Assembly: GCA_036497365.1 (NCBI GenBank)
Contig: DASXJN010000054.1
Span: forward strand, 1-52,523
DNA length: 52,523 bases
Direction: 5' to 3'
Source of the DNA: Jatrophihabitantaceae bacterium
GTDB taxonomy: Bacteria > Actinomycetota > Actinomycetes > Mycobacteriales > Jatrophihabitantaceae
The position numbers and the translations under genes were made by a program. The notes below the pieces were generated by a model. The model worked only from the letters and a program-made list of their open reading frames with translations. It did no database searches and was not told the DNA's origin. Numbering within the stretch: the first letter of the stretch is position 1; each line of letters begins with the position of its first letter. Shown piece by piece: positions 36,056 to 44,462 of the stretch.

Positions 36056-37279
36056 ATGCTTGCCGGCCTGCGCCTCGGCTCCGTGCGCCGTGCCCTGCTC
36101 GCCCTCGCCGCGGGCGGCTTCGCGATCGGGACCAGCGAATTCCTCATGCTCGGCCTGCTCCCGCAGGTGGCTGGTGATCTTGCGGTGTCGATCCCGCAAG
36201 CCGGCGAGATCATCTCGGCGTACGCCCTCGGCGTCGTGGTCGGCGCGCCGCTGCTGACCGCCGCGTCGGTGCGGTTCCCGCGCAAGACCGTGCTCATCGT
36301 GTTGATGAGCTGGTACGCGGTGTTCAACGTGCTCACGGCGCTGGCACCCAGCTTCGTGCTCGTCCTGCTGGCGCGGTTCGGGACCGGCCTGCCGCACGGC
36401 GCGTTCTTCGGTGTCGGGTCGGTGGTCGCCTCCTCGATCGCACCGCCGGCGCGCCGCACGCTGGCCATGTCGGTGATGTTCGCGGGGCTGACCATCGCCA
36501 ACGTCGTGGGCGTCCCGCTCAGCACCCTGCTCGGACAGGGGACGAGCTGGCGGATGGTCTACGCCCTGATCGGAGTCGTCGCCGCGGTCGCAGTCGTGCT
36601 GATCGCGCTTGCCGTCCCGGAACCGCCGCGCGGCCCGGCTGGGTCCTACGCCCTGCGGGCCGAGCTGCAGACCTTCCGCGACGCGCGCATCTGGTTGGTG
36701 CTCGGCGTCGCGACCCTCGGTGGGGCCGGCCTGTTCGCCACCTTCAGCTACATCGCACCGATGTTGACGCGGCGCGCGGGCTACGCCGACTCGTCGGTCA
36801 CCTGGTTGCTGGCGCTGTTCGGCATCGGGATGACGCTGGGCAACCTGGTCGGCGCCCGGCTGGCCGACGCGGCCGGAACCCGCACGCTGCTGGCCATGCT
36901 GGGTGCCGAGATCGTGCTCGCGCTCGTGTTCGCGGCCACGACACACAGCAAGGTGGTCTCGGCGGTGATGATGGTGCTGCTGCCGGCCAGTGCTCTGGGC
37001 GGCCTGCCTGCGCTGCAGGGGCGCATCATCGCGGTTGCCGGCGGCGCCGCGAACCTCGCCGCGGCGTCGATCCAGGCAGCGTTCAACGTGGCCAACTCGA
37101 TCGGCGCCTACTTCGGCGGGGTCGCGATCAGCGCCGGATTCGGATACGCGTCGCCCAACGTGGTGGCCGCGATCCTCGTGCTGCTCGGTTTGTCGGTCGC
37201 GCTGGTTCTCGTCCGCGTCGAACGGAACCGTGCGGTCGGTGCCGCCGAGTCTGAACGGCCGCAACTCGCCGCCGTCTGA
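36056..37279 (+). CDS. MFS transporter (DHA1 / YdhP-AraJ-like)
   Basis: It has 12 TM-like segments. 'FAIGTSEFLMLGLLPQVAGDL' and 'ARFGTGLPHGAFFG' are typical of the family. The start is the ATG at 36056 or the GTG at 36053. Confidence 0.85.
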   Translation: MLAGLRLGSVRRALLALAAGGFAIGTSEFLMLGLLPQVAGDLAVSIPQAGEIISAYALGVVVGAPLLTAASVRFPRKTVLIVLMSWYAVFNVLTALAPSFVLVLLARFGTGLPHGAFFGVGSVVASSIAPPARRTLAMSVMFAGLTIANVVGVPLSTLLGQGTSWRMVYALIGVVAAVAVVLIALAVPEPPRGPAGSYALRAELQTFRDARIWLVLGVATLGGAGLFATFSYIAPMLTRRAGYADSSVTWLLALFGIGMTLGNLVGARLADAAGTRTLLAMLGAEIVLALVFAATTHSKVVSAVMMVLLPASALGGLPALQGRIIAVAGGAANLAAASIQAAFNVANSIGAYFGGVAISAGFGYASPNVVAAILVLLGLSVALVLVRVERNRAVGAAESERPQLAAV

Positions 37280-37359
37280 CCGATCTGATCAAGATCGACA
37301 AGCGTCGCCGGGCGCGGTACATTGCGTACATAATCGGACATATCGCCCAGGAGGCGCGG

Positions 37360-37851
37360 GTGACGCCCTCGTCGCTCCCGTCACGTGCCGGCACCGCTGT
37401 CGATGATCTCGTCACTGCCGTGCTCACGGCTTCACGCGTGCTCGTCGGGGTGGCCGCCGACTCGCTCGCCGGCACCGAAACCACCGTCACACTCGCGCAG
37501 TTCCGGATGCTCGCCGTCCTGGACGGGAACGGCGAGACCGAAGTGTCGCGCCTGGCCGAAGCGCTGCGCGTCAGCTCCTCGAGCGCCCTGCGCATGGTCG
37601 ATCGGATGCTCGCCGCCGGGCTGGTGACCCGGCACGAGGATCCGGCCAACCGCCGAGCGATGGTGATCGGGTTGAGCAGGTCCGGCGCAGAGGTGGTTTG
37701 GCGGGTGACCGATCGGCGACGTGCGGCGATCGCGCGGATCGTGCGTCAGATGCCGACCGACCGGCGCGCGGAACTGATCGAGGCGCTCAACGCGTTCGCC
37801 GACGCCGCGGGCGAGCCGCGCGACGCGGGCGCAGCCGCGTTCGGGTGGTGA
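37360..37851 (+). CDS. MarR-family transcriptional regulator
   Basis: GTG start with AGGAGG upstream. The wHTH is 'LAQFRMLAVLDGNGETEVSRLAEALRVSSSSALRMVDRMLAAGLVTRHEDPANRR'. Confidence 0.85.
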   Translation: MTPSSLPSRAGTAVDDLVTAVLTASRVLVGVAADSLAGTETTVTLAQFRMLAVLDGNGETEVSRLAEALRVSSSSALRMVDRMLAAGLVTRHEDPANRRAMVIGLSRSGAEVVWRVTDRRRAAIARIVRQMPTDRRAELIEALNAFADAAGEPRDAGAAAFGW

Positions 37852-37860
37852 CCGAGCCGG

Positions 37861-39504
37861 TCACCAATCGTTGGACATCCAGTCGTCACCGGACCACCGT
37901 GCCGAGGACCAGCGTGCCGACGACCAGCGTGCCGAGGACCAGTCCGCATCGCTCCACCGCGCCGAGGACCAGCGGGCCGACGACCAGCGCGCCGAGGTGA
38001 GGCCACCGTCGGTGGACCAACCGTCGCCCGTCCAGGTGCTGCCGAGCCACGAGCCACCCGACCAGGCGGTCAGGCTGGTCGAGGCGGCATACCAGGCTGC
38101 GCCGTCCCACGGGTTGCCCTGCGCGTCGATCTCACCGGTGATCGGCTGGCCGTCCGCATCCAGAAGGACGGTTCCGCCGCGCGCCGCATCGATCGAGCCC
38201 TGCCCGTTCGATTGAGGCAAAGACTGCACTGCGGCGGCACGGAGCTGTGCCGCGGTGCGATCGGCGCCGGTGAGGTGGGCGGCCACGTCGTACGCGGCGT
38301 CCAGGTCGAGGATCCGTGCGCCGGACGCCGGGGCCGGGTCGTTCTTGAGCGGGTCAGCGGCGGTGACCAGGGCGTATTTGACCTGATCGGGTGTCAACGT
38401 CGGGTAGGCCTGCAGCAGGTCGGCCACCGCACCGGAGACCACCGCCGCGGCCTGGCTCGTGCCGCTGCCGCGGAACAGGGTGTGGCTGTCGTCGCCGGCG
38501 ACCAGCCCTTGCGGGTTGTTCGCGTCGATGAAGGAGCCCGGGTCGCGCAGCGAGACCAGCGACGTGCCCGGAGCGAGCAGGTCCGCGCGCCGGTCGGTCG
38601 AGGCGTTGGAGAACGGGGCAGGTTGGGTGCGGTCGGCCGTCCATCCGTTGATCTGGTCGTTGGCGTCGGCAGCGCCCACCGCCAGCACGTACGGGTCGTA
38701 GGCCGGGTCGGTGAGCTGGCCGGTAGACGTGCCCTCGTTGCCCGCCGACGTGACCACGACGATGCCGTGCCGCCAGGCGTTCTCGGCGGCCGCCGCGAGC
38801 GGGTCGACCTGGTAGCTCTGCGTCGAGTCCGTGCCGTACGACAAGTTGATCACGCGTACGCGCGTGCCGTCCGGCAACACCGGGTGATCGGAGACCCAGT
38901 CGAGCGCTGCGATCACCTGCGTGACGTCCGTGCTGCCGTCCGTGGTCGCGAGCTTGATCGACAGCAGGGTGGCGTCCGGCGCGAAGCCCAGTTGCACCGA
39001 CGCGGGCGCCGACGGCAGGTCGTGCGAGGGGTTGGTCGTGCGGCGGCCGGCGATCAGGCCGGCCATGAACGTGCCGTGGCCGTAGGTGTCCTGGTCGGCC
39101 AGCACGCCATTGCCCTCGATGGACAGGTCCGGGCCGTAGACGATCTTGCCCGGCGCGTCGAGACCGCGCACCGGGTTGATGCCGGAGTCGAGCAGTGCGA
39201 CGCCGACCCCACGTCCGGTGTAGTTCGCGTTGGAGCGGTCCTTACGGTTCCAGACACTGCGCGCGCCGGTGGCCCTCTCGATCGTGAACAGCGAACCCGG
39301 GTCCTTCGAAGCGGCGTTGTCGCCGTAGGAGTCCTTGGCGACGGAGTCTGCTCGGGCGTCGCCCCATTTGCCGTCGGCGAAGCCGGAACGCGACGGTGCG
39401 GACGGGTTGGCACCTGTCCGCGGGACGCTGATCAGGCCGCACGTGGCGGCAACGAGCAGGGCTACGGGCAGGGCGGCGTGGCGAAAACGCGGTGCGGGGG
39501 TCAT
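37861..39504 (-). CDS. Secreted S8 (subtilisin-family) serine peptidase with a Trp-rich C-terminal repeat domain
   Basis: The catalytic triad context is 'VALLDSGI', 'HGTFMAGLIAG' and 'GTSQAAAVVSGAVA'. It has a signal-like N-terminus. The start is the ATG at 39504, with an alternative GTG at 39522. Confidence 0.88.
   Translation of the reverse strand: MTPAPRFRHAALPVALLVAATCGLISVPRTGANPSAPSRSGFADGKWGDARADSVAKDSYGDNAASKDPGSLFTIERATGARSVWNRKDRSNANYTGRGVGVALLDSGINPVRGLDAPGKIVYGPDLSIEGNGVLADQDTYGHGTFMAGLIAGRRTTNPSHDLPSAPASVQLGFAPDATLLSIKLATTDGSTDVTQVIAALDWVSDHPVLPDGTRVRVINLSYGTDSTQSYQVDPLAAAAENAWRHGIVVVTSAGNEGTSTGQLTDPAYDPYVLAVGAADANDQINGWTADRTQPAPFSNASTDRRADLLAPGTSLVSLRDPGSFIDANNPQGLVAGDDSHTLFRGSGTSQAAAVVSGAVADLLQAYPTLTPDQVKYALVTAADPLKNDPAPASGARILDLDAAYDVAAHLTGADRTAAQLRAAAVQSLPQSNGQGSIDAARGGTVLLDADGQPITGEIDAQGNPWDGAAWYAASTSLTAWSGGSWLGSTWTGDGWSTDGGLTSARWSSARWSSARWSDADWSSARWSSARWSSARWSGDDWMSNDW
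37891..37995 (-). repeat. Seven tandem 15-bp in-frame repeats encoding (S-A-R-W-S)x3, D-A-D-W-S, (S-A-R-W-S)x3
   Basis: The plus-strand units are CCAGCG[TCG]GCCGA[GC]GA, reiterated head to tail. They map to the last 45 codons of the S8 peptidase gene. Confidence 0.88.
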
Positions 39505-39608
39505 CGCGATCCTGTCTGACACAACTTCTTGCTTAACAATGATCTCACAACGACCCTACGAAAGATCGCGTGGGCTGCGCAACCCGAGTGGCGTAACCGG
39601 GTGAAAAT

Positions 39609-41546
39609 TCAGGCAGCCGGCGAGGCGCCACGCGCGAGGTCGGCCGCCGGGAGCACGACGGTGACCGTGGTCCCGACACCGGGCTGCGAGTCGATCGCGA
39701 GCTCGCCGCGGTGCTCGTCGACGATCGTCTTGGTGATGGCCAACCCGAGGCCGGTGCCGGGGATCTCGCTCGTGCGAGCGTTGCTGGCCCGGTAGAAGCG
39801 GTCGAAGAGCCGACCGTGCTCGGCGGCCGGGATGCCGATTCCGGTGTCGCAGACGGTGAGCAGCGCGACTTCGCCGTCCGGGACGTCGAGCCGGACGGTC
39901 ACCGTCGCGCCCGGATGCGAGTACTTGATCGCGTTGCTGACCAGGTTGACGCCGACCCGGTACAGGTCATCGGGCAGGCCCGGCACGAGCACGTCGGCCG
40001 CCGGCAGGTCCACCGTGAGCTCGATCCCGCGTTCGGCTGCCTCGGTCGACAGGGCATCGACCGCGCTCGCGACCACCTCGGCCAGGTACACGGTCGACCA
40101 GACCGGCGTGTCGGGGCGGAAGGGTGGCCCCTCCGGTTCCGGCGCAAGGATCTGCTCGCTGAGTCCTTGCAGCCGGTCGACGTTGCGCAGCACGATCTGC
40201 AACGCGTCGCGATGCTCGCTGAGCGTGTTCTCGTCCTCGGCCATCAGTTCGAGATAACCCTTGATGGCGGTCAGCGGTGTGCGGATCTGGTGCGAGATCG
40301 TCGCCGCGGCGTCGTCGGGGAGGGCACCCGGTGCGGTCTCCAGTGCCGCGAGCGGGGTCACGTGCTTGACGTAGCACTCGAGCTCGCCGTTGGCGCCGGT
40401 GATCGGCGAGGTGACGACCTCGACCCAGATCGGCTCGCCGGATGCGTGGATGTAGCGCTTGCACACCCGGTCCGGCGCGGAGCGCCGGGCGAAGCTCAGG
40501 TGCAGGTCGTCCGGGTGACTGAGGTCGGAAATCGCGGCGCCGGTGAGTTCCGCGCGGGTGCGGCCGAGCAGCTGGGCGAAGGCCTCGTTCGCCTGTAGCA
40601 CGATGCCGCCGGTGTCGCTCGTACCCGCGCCGGCGCTCAGGATGACCATCGGTCCGGGCGCGCGGTCGAAGGCGGCGGCGAAGGTGCGTTCGGTGAGGGC
40701 GAGCGCGGTCGCGACGGCGCGTTCCTTGCGCTGGGCCTGCCGGCGGTGGGTGACGTCGCGGAGCACGGCCAGAATCGCAGGCGTACGCCGTTGGTAGCCG
40801 GGTGCCCGCAATGGGACGCCGTCGATCTCGAAGTGCCGTCCGTCCGGGGTGCAGAACTCGGCATGTACCGGGTCGCGGCGGGCCTCGGCGAAGATTTCCA
40901 GGAACTGCGCGGCGTTGCGGGGCGGCAGCGAGTCGCCGACCAGCCGGCCGATGAAGTAGTCCGCCCGCCGGCCGATGGATGCGGGGTAGTGCCCGTTCAC
41001 CGACAGCCAGCGCAGATCTTCGTCGATCAAGCCGACGGTGGTGGCGGGCAACTGCTCGACCAGCGCGGCGTAGAGGTTGCGCTGCTCGTCCAGGGCGCGT
41101 CGATCGTCTTCGAGCGCGGTGACATCGGTGGCGACGCTGATGAACCCGGTCGGTTGTCCTTGCGCGTCTTTGATCGCATTGACCGAGACGCTCACCCGCA
41201 GCCGGCTGCGGTCGGCGGCGATGTAGGTCCATTGCCTCGTCTCGACCGCACCGGCCCGTGCAGCGGCCACGAATACCTCGAACCCCGGATGCAGGTGCAG
41301 TTCGTCGGCCCGCACCGCCACCTCGTGCGGATCGTGGAAAACCTCGGGCGTGCACCGTCCGATGACGTCTGCGGCGAGGTGGCCGAGCATCGCCTCGGCG
41401 CCGGAGTTGAACGAGGTGATGGTGCCGGACAGATCAGTCGTGATGATCGCGTGCGCACTCGCCGCGTCGAGCAGGGCGTTCATGTGTGCGGCGGCCGCCT
41501 GCCGATCGACGCGGCGCCGTTGCCACGTGCGGGGGTCCAGAAGCAC
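39609..41546 (-). CDS. Cytoplasmic multi-PAS sensor histidine kinase
   Basis: It has no TM segment and three PAS-like blocks. The H-box is 'ISHQIRTPLTAIKGYLELM', the N-box is 'NLVSNAIKYS', and the G-boxes are 'DTGIGIP' and 'GTGLGLAITK'. GTG start at 41546. No response regulator lies adjacent. Confidence 0.88.
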   Translation of the reverse strand: MLLDPRTWQRRRVDRQAAAAHMNALLDAASAHAIITTDLSGTITSFNSGAEAMLGHLAADVIGRCTPEVFHDPHEVAVRADELHLHPGFEVFVAAARAGAVETRQWTYIAADRSRLRVSVSVNAIKDAQGQPTGFISVATDVTALEDDRRALDEQRNLYAALVEQLPATTVGLIDEDLRWLSVNGHYPASIGRRADYFIGRLVGDSLPPRNAAQFLEIFAEARRDPVHAEFCTPDGRHFEIDGVPLRAPGYQRRTPAILAVLRDVTHRRQAQRKERAVATALALTERTFAAAFDRAPGPMVILSAGAGTSDTGGIVLQANEAFAQLLGRTRAELTGAAISDLSHPDDLHLSFARRSAPDRVCKRYIHASGEPIWVEVVTSPITGANGELECYVKHVTPLAALETAPGALPDDAAATISHQIRTPLTAIKGYLELMAEDENTLSEHRDALQIVLRNVDRLQGLSEQILAPEPEGPPFRPDTPVWSTVYLAEVVASAVDALSTEAAERGIELTVDLPAADVLVPGLPDDLYRVGVNLVSNAIKYSHPGATVTVRLDVPDGEVALLTVCDTGIGIPAAEHGRLFDRFYRASNARTSEIPGTGLGLAITKTIVDEHRGELAIDSQPGVGTTVTVVLPAADLARGASPAA

Positions 41547-41799
41547 ACCGGGTCCTTGCGGTCATTGGCCGCGGGAACGGCGCGTCTGCGAGATGGGGCT
41601 GACTAGCGATTGTGAAGTGAACGTTATCGGAATTATCTCGGTCGTCAACTATCTTGAGATCTGAAATACATCAATATCGAGTTACTCTGCTTTCGAGTTC
41701 CTTGAGGAACGACTATCTTCGCAGTCAGGTAAAGTCCCGGAGAGAACTGCGCCGCGTCCGCCGCGTGGACCGGCAACCGAACGTCGAGGGAGTGTCCTA

Positions 41800-42261
41800 G
41801 TGGCGGCCGAGAATGCATCGAGTGCGAGCGCGCGGCTGAGCGCGGCGCAGCGGGTGCTGGTCGGCATGCGCGACGTCGATCTGGCCGTGGCTCACTTGCG
41901 CGGCATCTTCGCCGAGCGGCACGGGCTGTTGGCGAACGACGCACTCGTGATCAGCATCCTGTCGACCTCGGACGGCATGATGACGCCGACCGCGGTGGGA
42001 CGTGCACTCACGCTCAGCTCCGGAACGCTGACCAGCATCGTCGACCGGTTGGAGGCAGCCGGTCTGGTGTCGCGGGTACCCCATCCGTCCGACCGGCGCA
42101 GCGTGGTGCTGGCGCTGAGCGATTCCGCCCGAGCCGATCTGGAGTCGGTGCGCGAGCGGATCCGGCGCAGCATCGACGAGACGATCGGTGAGGACGGGCT
42201 GGCCGACTTCGCCGCGCGTCTCGACGCGCTCGCCAAGGCCATCCGCGGTTCGCTCGACTGA
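41800..42261 (+). CDS. MarR-family transcriptional regulator
   Basis: The wHTH and wing are 'MTPTAVGRALTLSSGTLTSIVDRLEAAGLVSRVPHPSDRRSVVLALS'. The start is uncertain (GTG at 41800, or a downstream ATG at 41863). Confidence 0.8.
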   Translation: MAAENASSASARLSAAQRVLVGMRDVDLAVAHLRGIFAERHGLLANDALVISILSTSDGMMTPTAVGRALTLSSGTLTSIVDRLEAAGLVSRVPHPSDRRSVVLALSDSARADLESVRERIRRSIDETIGEDGLADFAARLDALAKAIRGSLD

Positions 42262-42298
42262 CCCACTACCGCTGAAACGAACTTTGCCTCGCCGGCAG

Positions 42299-42313
42299 AC
42301 CGCAAGCGGTTTT
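42299..42313 (+). terminator. Small hairpin plus T-tract after the MarR gene
   Basis: ACCG-CAAG-CGGT is followed by TTT in the convergent gap. The stem is short, so support is weak. Confidence 0.3.
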
Positions 42314-42702
42314 CACGGGGAGCTCGGGACTCTTGACGCTTCGACGTATCGGTCGAAGGCAGCGACATCGAACACGAACTCGACGGCCTCAGTGACCTGC
42401 GCGTTGTTGATCTTGAAGAAGACGAGTGCTTCGTCGTCGTAACCCGGGGCGGTGCCGGTCTGGTGGACCACGACACCGTCGGGTCCGTCGTAGAGGCCGT
42501 GGACCGAGTTGCTGATCGCAAGTTCTCCGTTGAGCTTGCTGAGAAGCGCGAGGACATTGTCGCGGCCCACGGTGCGTCCTGCGAACGGAGAGTTGCCGGA
42601 CAGCGTGAAGGTCAAGTTGTCGTCGAGGACAGTTTCCAGCGTCGCGAGGTCTTGTGCGGCGACGGCTTCGAACATCCGTTGCACGAGTTCGAGGTTGGTC
42701 AT
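42313..42702 (-). CDS. SnoaL-like / NTF2-fold protein
   Basis: 'NLELVQRMFEAVAAQDLATLETVLDDNLTFTLSG' is a SnoaL_2-type N-terminus. ATGs lie at 42702 and 42708. SD AAGGAG is spaced best for 42702. Confidence 0.72.
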   Translation of the reverse strand: MTNLELVQRMFEAVAAQDLATLETVLDDNLTFTLSGNSPFAGRTVGRDNVLALLSKLNGELAISNSVHGLYDGPDGVVVHQTGTAPGYDDEALVFFKINNAQVTEAVEFVFDVAAFDRYVEASRVPSSP

Positions 42703-42800
42703 TGACATTGCTCCTTGTCGCGTGGCCGAACATCCGACGCTGTGCATGGTGGCAGTCCAGGTTTGCATTTGGCTTGCGGTCGAGCTGTCATCCTTGCCGG

Positions 42801-44414
42801 GTGCGCTACGGGCTGCTCGGCGAAGTGCAGGCGGCGCAGGCCGGACGGGTGCTGCCGCTCGGCGGGCGCCGCAACCGAGCGCTGCTGGCTTTGCTCGTGC
42901 TGCGCGCGAATCAGCCGGTCGGCACCGAAGACATCGCAGCCCAGGTGTGGGGACCTCGCGACGAGCAACCGCGGGGCACCGTTCAGGCTCAGGTGCATCG
43001 GCTCCGTCGCTGCCTTCCCGATGCCGCTATCGACACGACCCGCTCGGGCTATGTGCTTCACGCTGAACCACAGTCGATCGATGTTCGCCGTTTCGAGGCA
43101 CAACTCGCTTCGGCGCAAACTGCGCTGACCGCCGGTCGAGGCGCCGACTGTGTCCAGGCAGCAAGCCAAGCGTTGCAGATGTGGCGAGGGCCGGCCCTGG
43201 CCGACCTGCTGGTCCACGACTTCGCTGCGCGGGAACATTCCCGCCTGGAGGAACTGCGCCGAGAAGCAGAGGATGTGCACGCCGAAGCGCTCCTGCAGAT
43301 CAACCCAGCCGCTGTCGTCACGGCAACTGAGCGCTTGGTGGCTGACGCGCCGCTACGCGAGCGGCGGTGGGTTCTTCTGATGCGAGCCCTCTACCTCACC
43401 GGACGGCAGGCCGACGCCCTGGCCAGGTATGCGCGGATTCGACAGCTGCTCGATGAGCAACTCGGCGTTGCGCCCGGGCCGGAGCTGCGCGAACTGCACC
43501 GGCAGATCCTGCGTCACGAGGTGGTCCCGGATGAGCGATCGATCCCGGTTGCCGCCTCGAGTACACCCCTATCCGTTCGATACACGCGCGCCGCGGACGG
43601 TGCATACCTCGCATACGAGACGTTCGGACGTGGGATACCGCTGCTGATGTCCGCCGGCAACTGGAGCGGCCTCACGATCCGGCAAAATCCGCTGAGCGCG
43701 CCGTATGCCGCCCAACTGGGCGAGCTGGCCCGAGTCACCTGCTACGACGCGCGCGGGCTCGGGATGAGCGACCCGCTCGGCGACCGCCTGCCTAGCCTCG
43801 AGGACCGCACCCAAGAACTCATCGCGGTCGCCGATGCGGCCCACGCCGAACGGTTCGTCGTATACGGCTTCAGCGACGGAGCAGCCGCCGCCATCCACGC
43901 CGCCGCAGCGGTGCCACAGCGCATCGCGGGTCTCATCCTGCACAACGCGGCAGCATGGTCGGACGAACACGACCACCCGTTTCACCAAGCCGAACCCGAG
44001 GAGATCATCGCTGCATACGACCAAAATTGGGGCACTGGACTGACGATCGACCTGTACGCCCCGACTTTGGCGCACGATCCGTTCGCCCGGCGATGGTGGG
44101 CGCACGGCGAGCGGCACGCCGCACGTCCCGGCGAAGTCCACAAACTGAACCTGGCAGCAGCCGCGATCGACGTGAGCGCAGATCTGGCCCGGCTCACGGC
44201 CCCGACCTTGGTCGTCCACGCCGCGGCGAACACCGCGATCCCTGTCGCCCATGCGCGCCGCCTCGCGAAACACATTCCCGGCGCCCGCCTGGTCGAAATA
44301 CCGACCCCGGACCACGCGCTATGGAGTCAGAGCAGCGTGGTCCTACGCCACCTACGTGGCTTCCTGAACCGACTCGCAGCCCAGCACGGTGTCGGCCCGA
44401 CGTCGAAAGCATGA
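42801..44414 (+). CDS. SARP (AfsR-family OmpR-type wHTH + BTAD) regulator fused to a C-terminal alpha/beta-hydrolase domain
   Basis: GTG at 42801. 'RYGLLGEVQA...GGRRNRALLALLVLRANQPV' is the wHTH. 'RFEAQL...WRGPALADL...LEELRREAEDVHAEALL...RALYLTGRQADALARYARIRQLLDEQLGVAPGPELRELH' is the BTAD. The hydrolase fold follows, with 'VVYGFSDGAAAA' (GxSxG) and the distal 'PTPDHALW'. Confidence 0.8.
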   Translation: MRYGLLGEVQAAQAGRVLPLGGRRNRALLALLVLRANQPVGTEDIAAQVWGPRDEQPRGTVQAQVHRLRRCLPDAAIDTTRSGYVLHAEPQSIDVRRFEAQLASAQTALTAGRGADCVQAASQALQMWRGPALADLLVHDFAAREHSRLEELRREAEDVHAEALLQINPAAVVTATERLVADAPLRERRWVLLMRALYLTGRQADALARYARIRQLLDEQLGVAPGPELRELHRQILRHEVVPDERSIPVAASSTPLSVRYTRAADGAYLAYETFGRGIPLLMSAGNWSGLTIRQNPLSAPYAAQLGELARVTCYDARGLGMSDPLGDRLPSLEDRTQELIAVADAAHAERFVVYGFSDGAAAAIHAAAAVPQRIAGLILHNAAAWSDEHDHPFHQAEPEEIIAAYDQNWGTGLTIDLYAPTLAHDPFARRWWAHGERHAARPGEVHKLNLAAAAIDVSADLARLTAPTLVVHAAANTAIPVAHARRLAKHIPGARLVEIPTPDHALWSQSSVVLRHLRGFLNRLAAQHGVGPTSKA

Positions 44415-44462
44415 GGACGGGTCCGACCGCCGGCCCCTACCTCCAGACCACGCCAGAATTGG

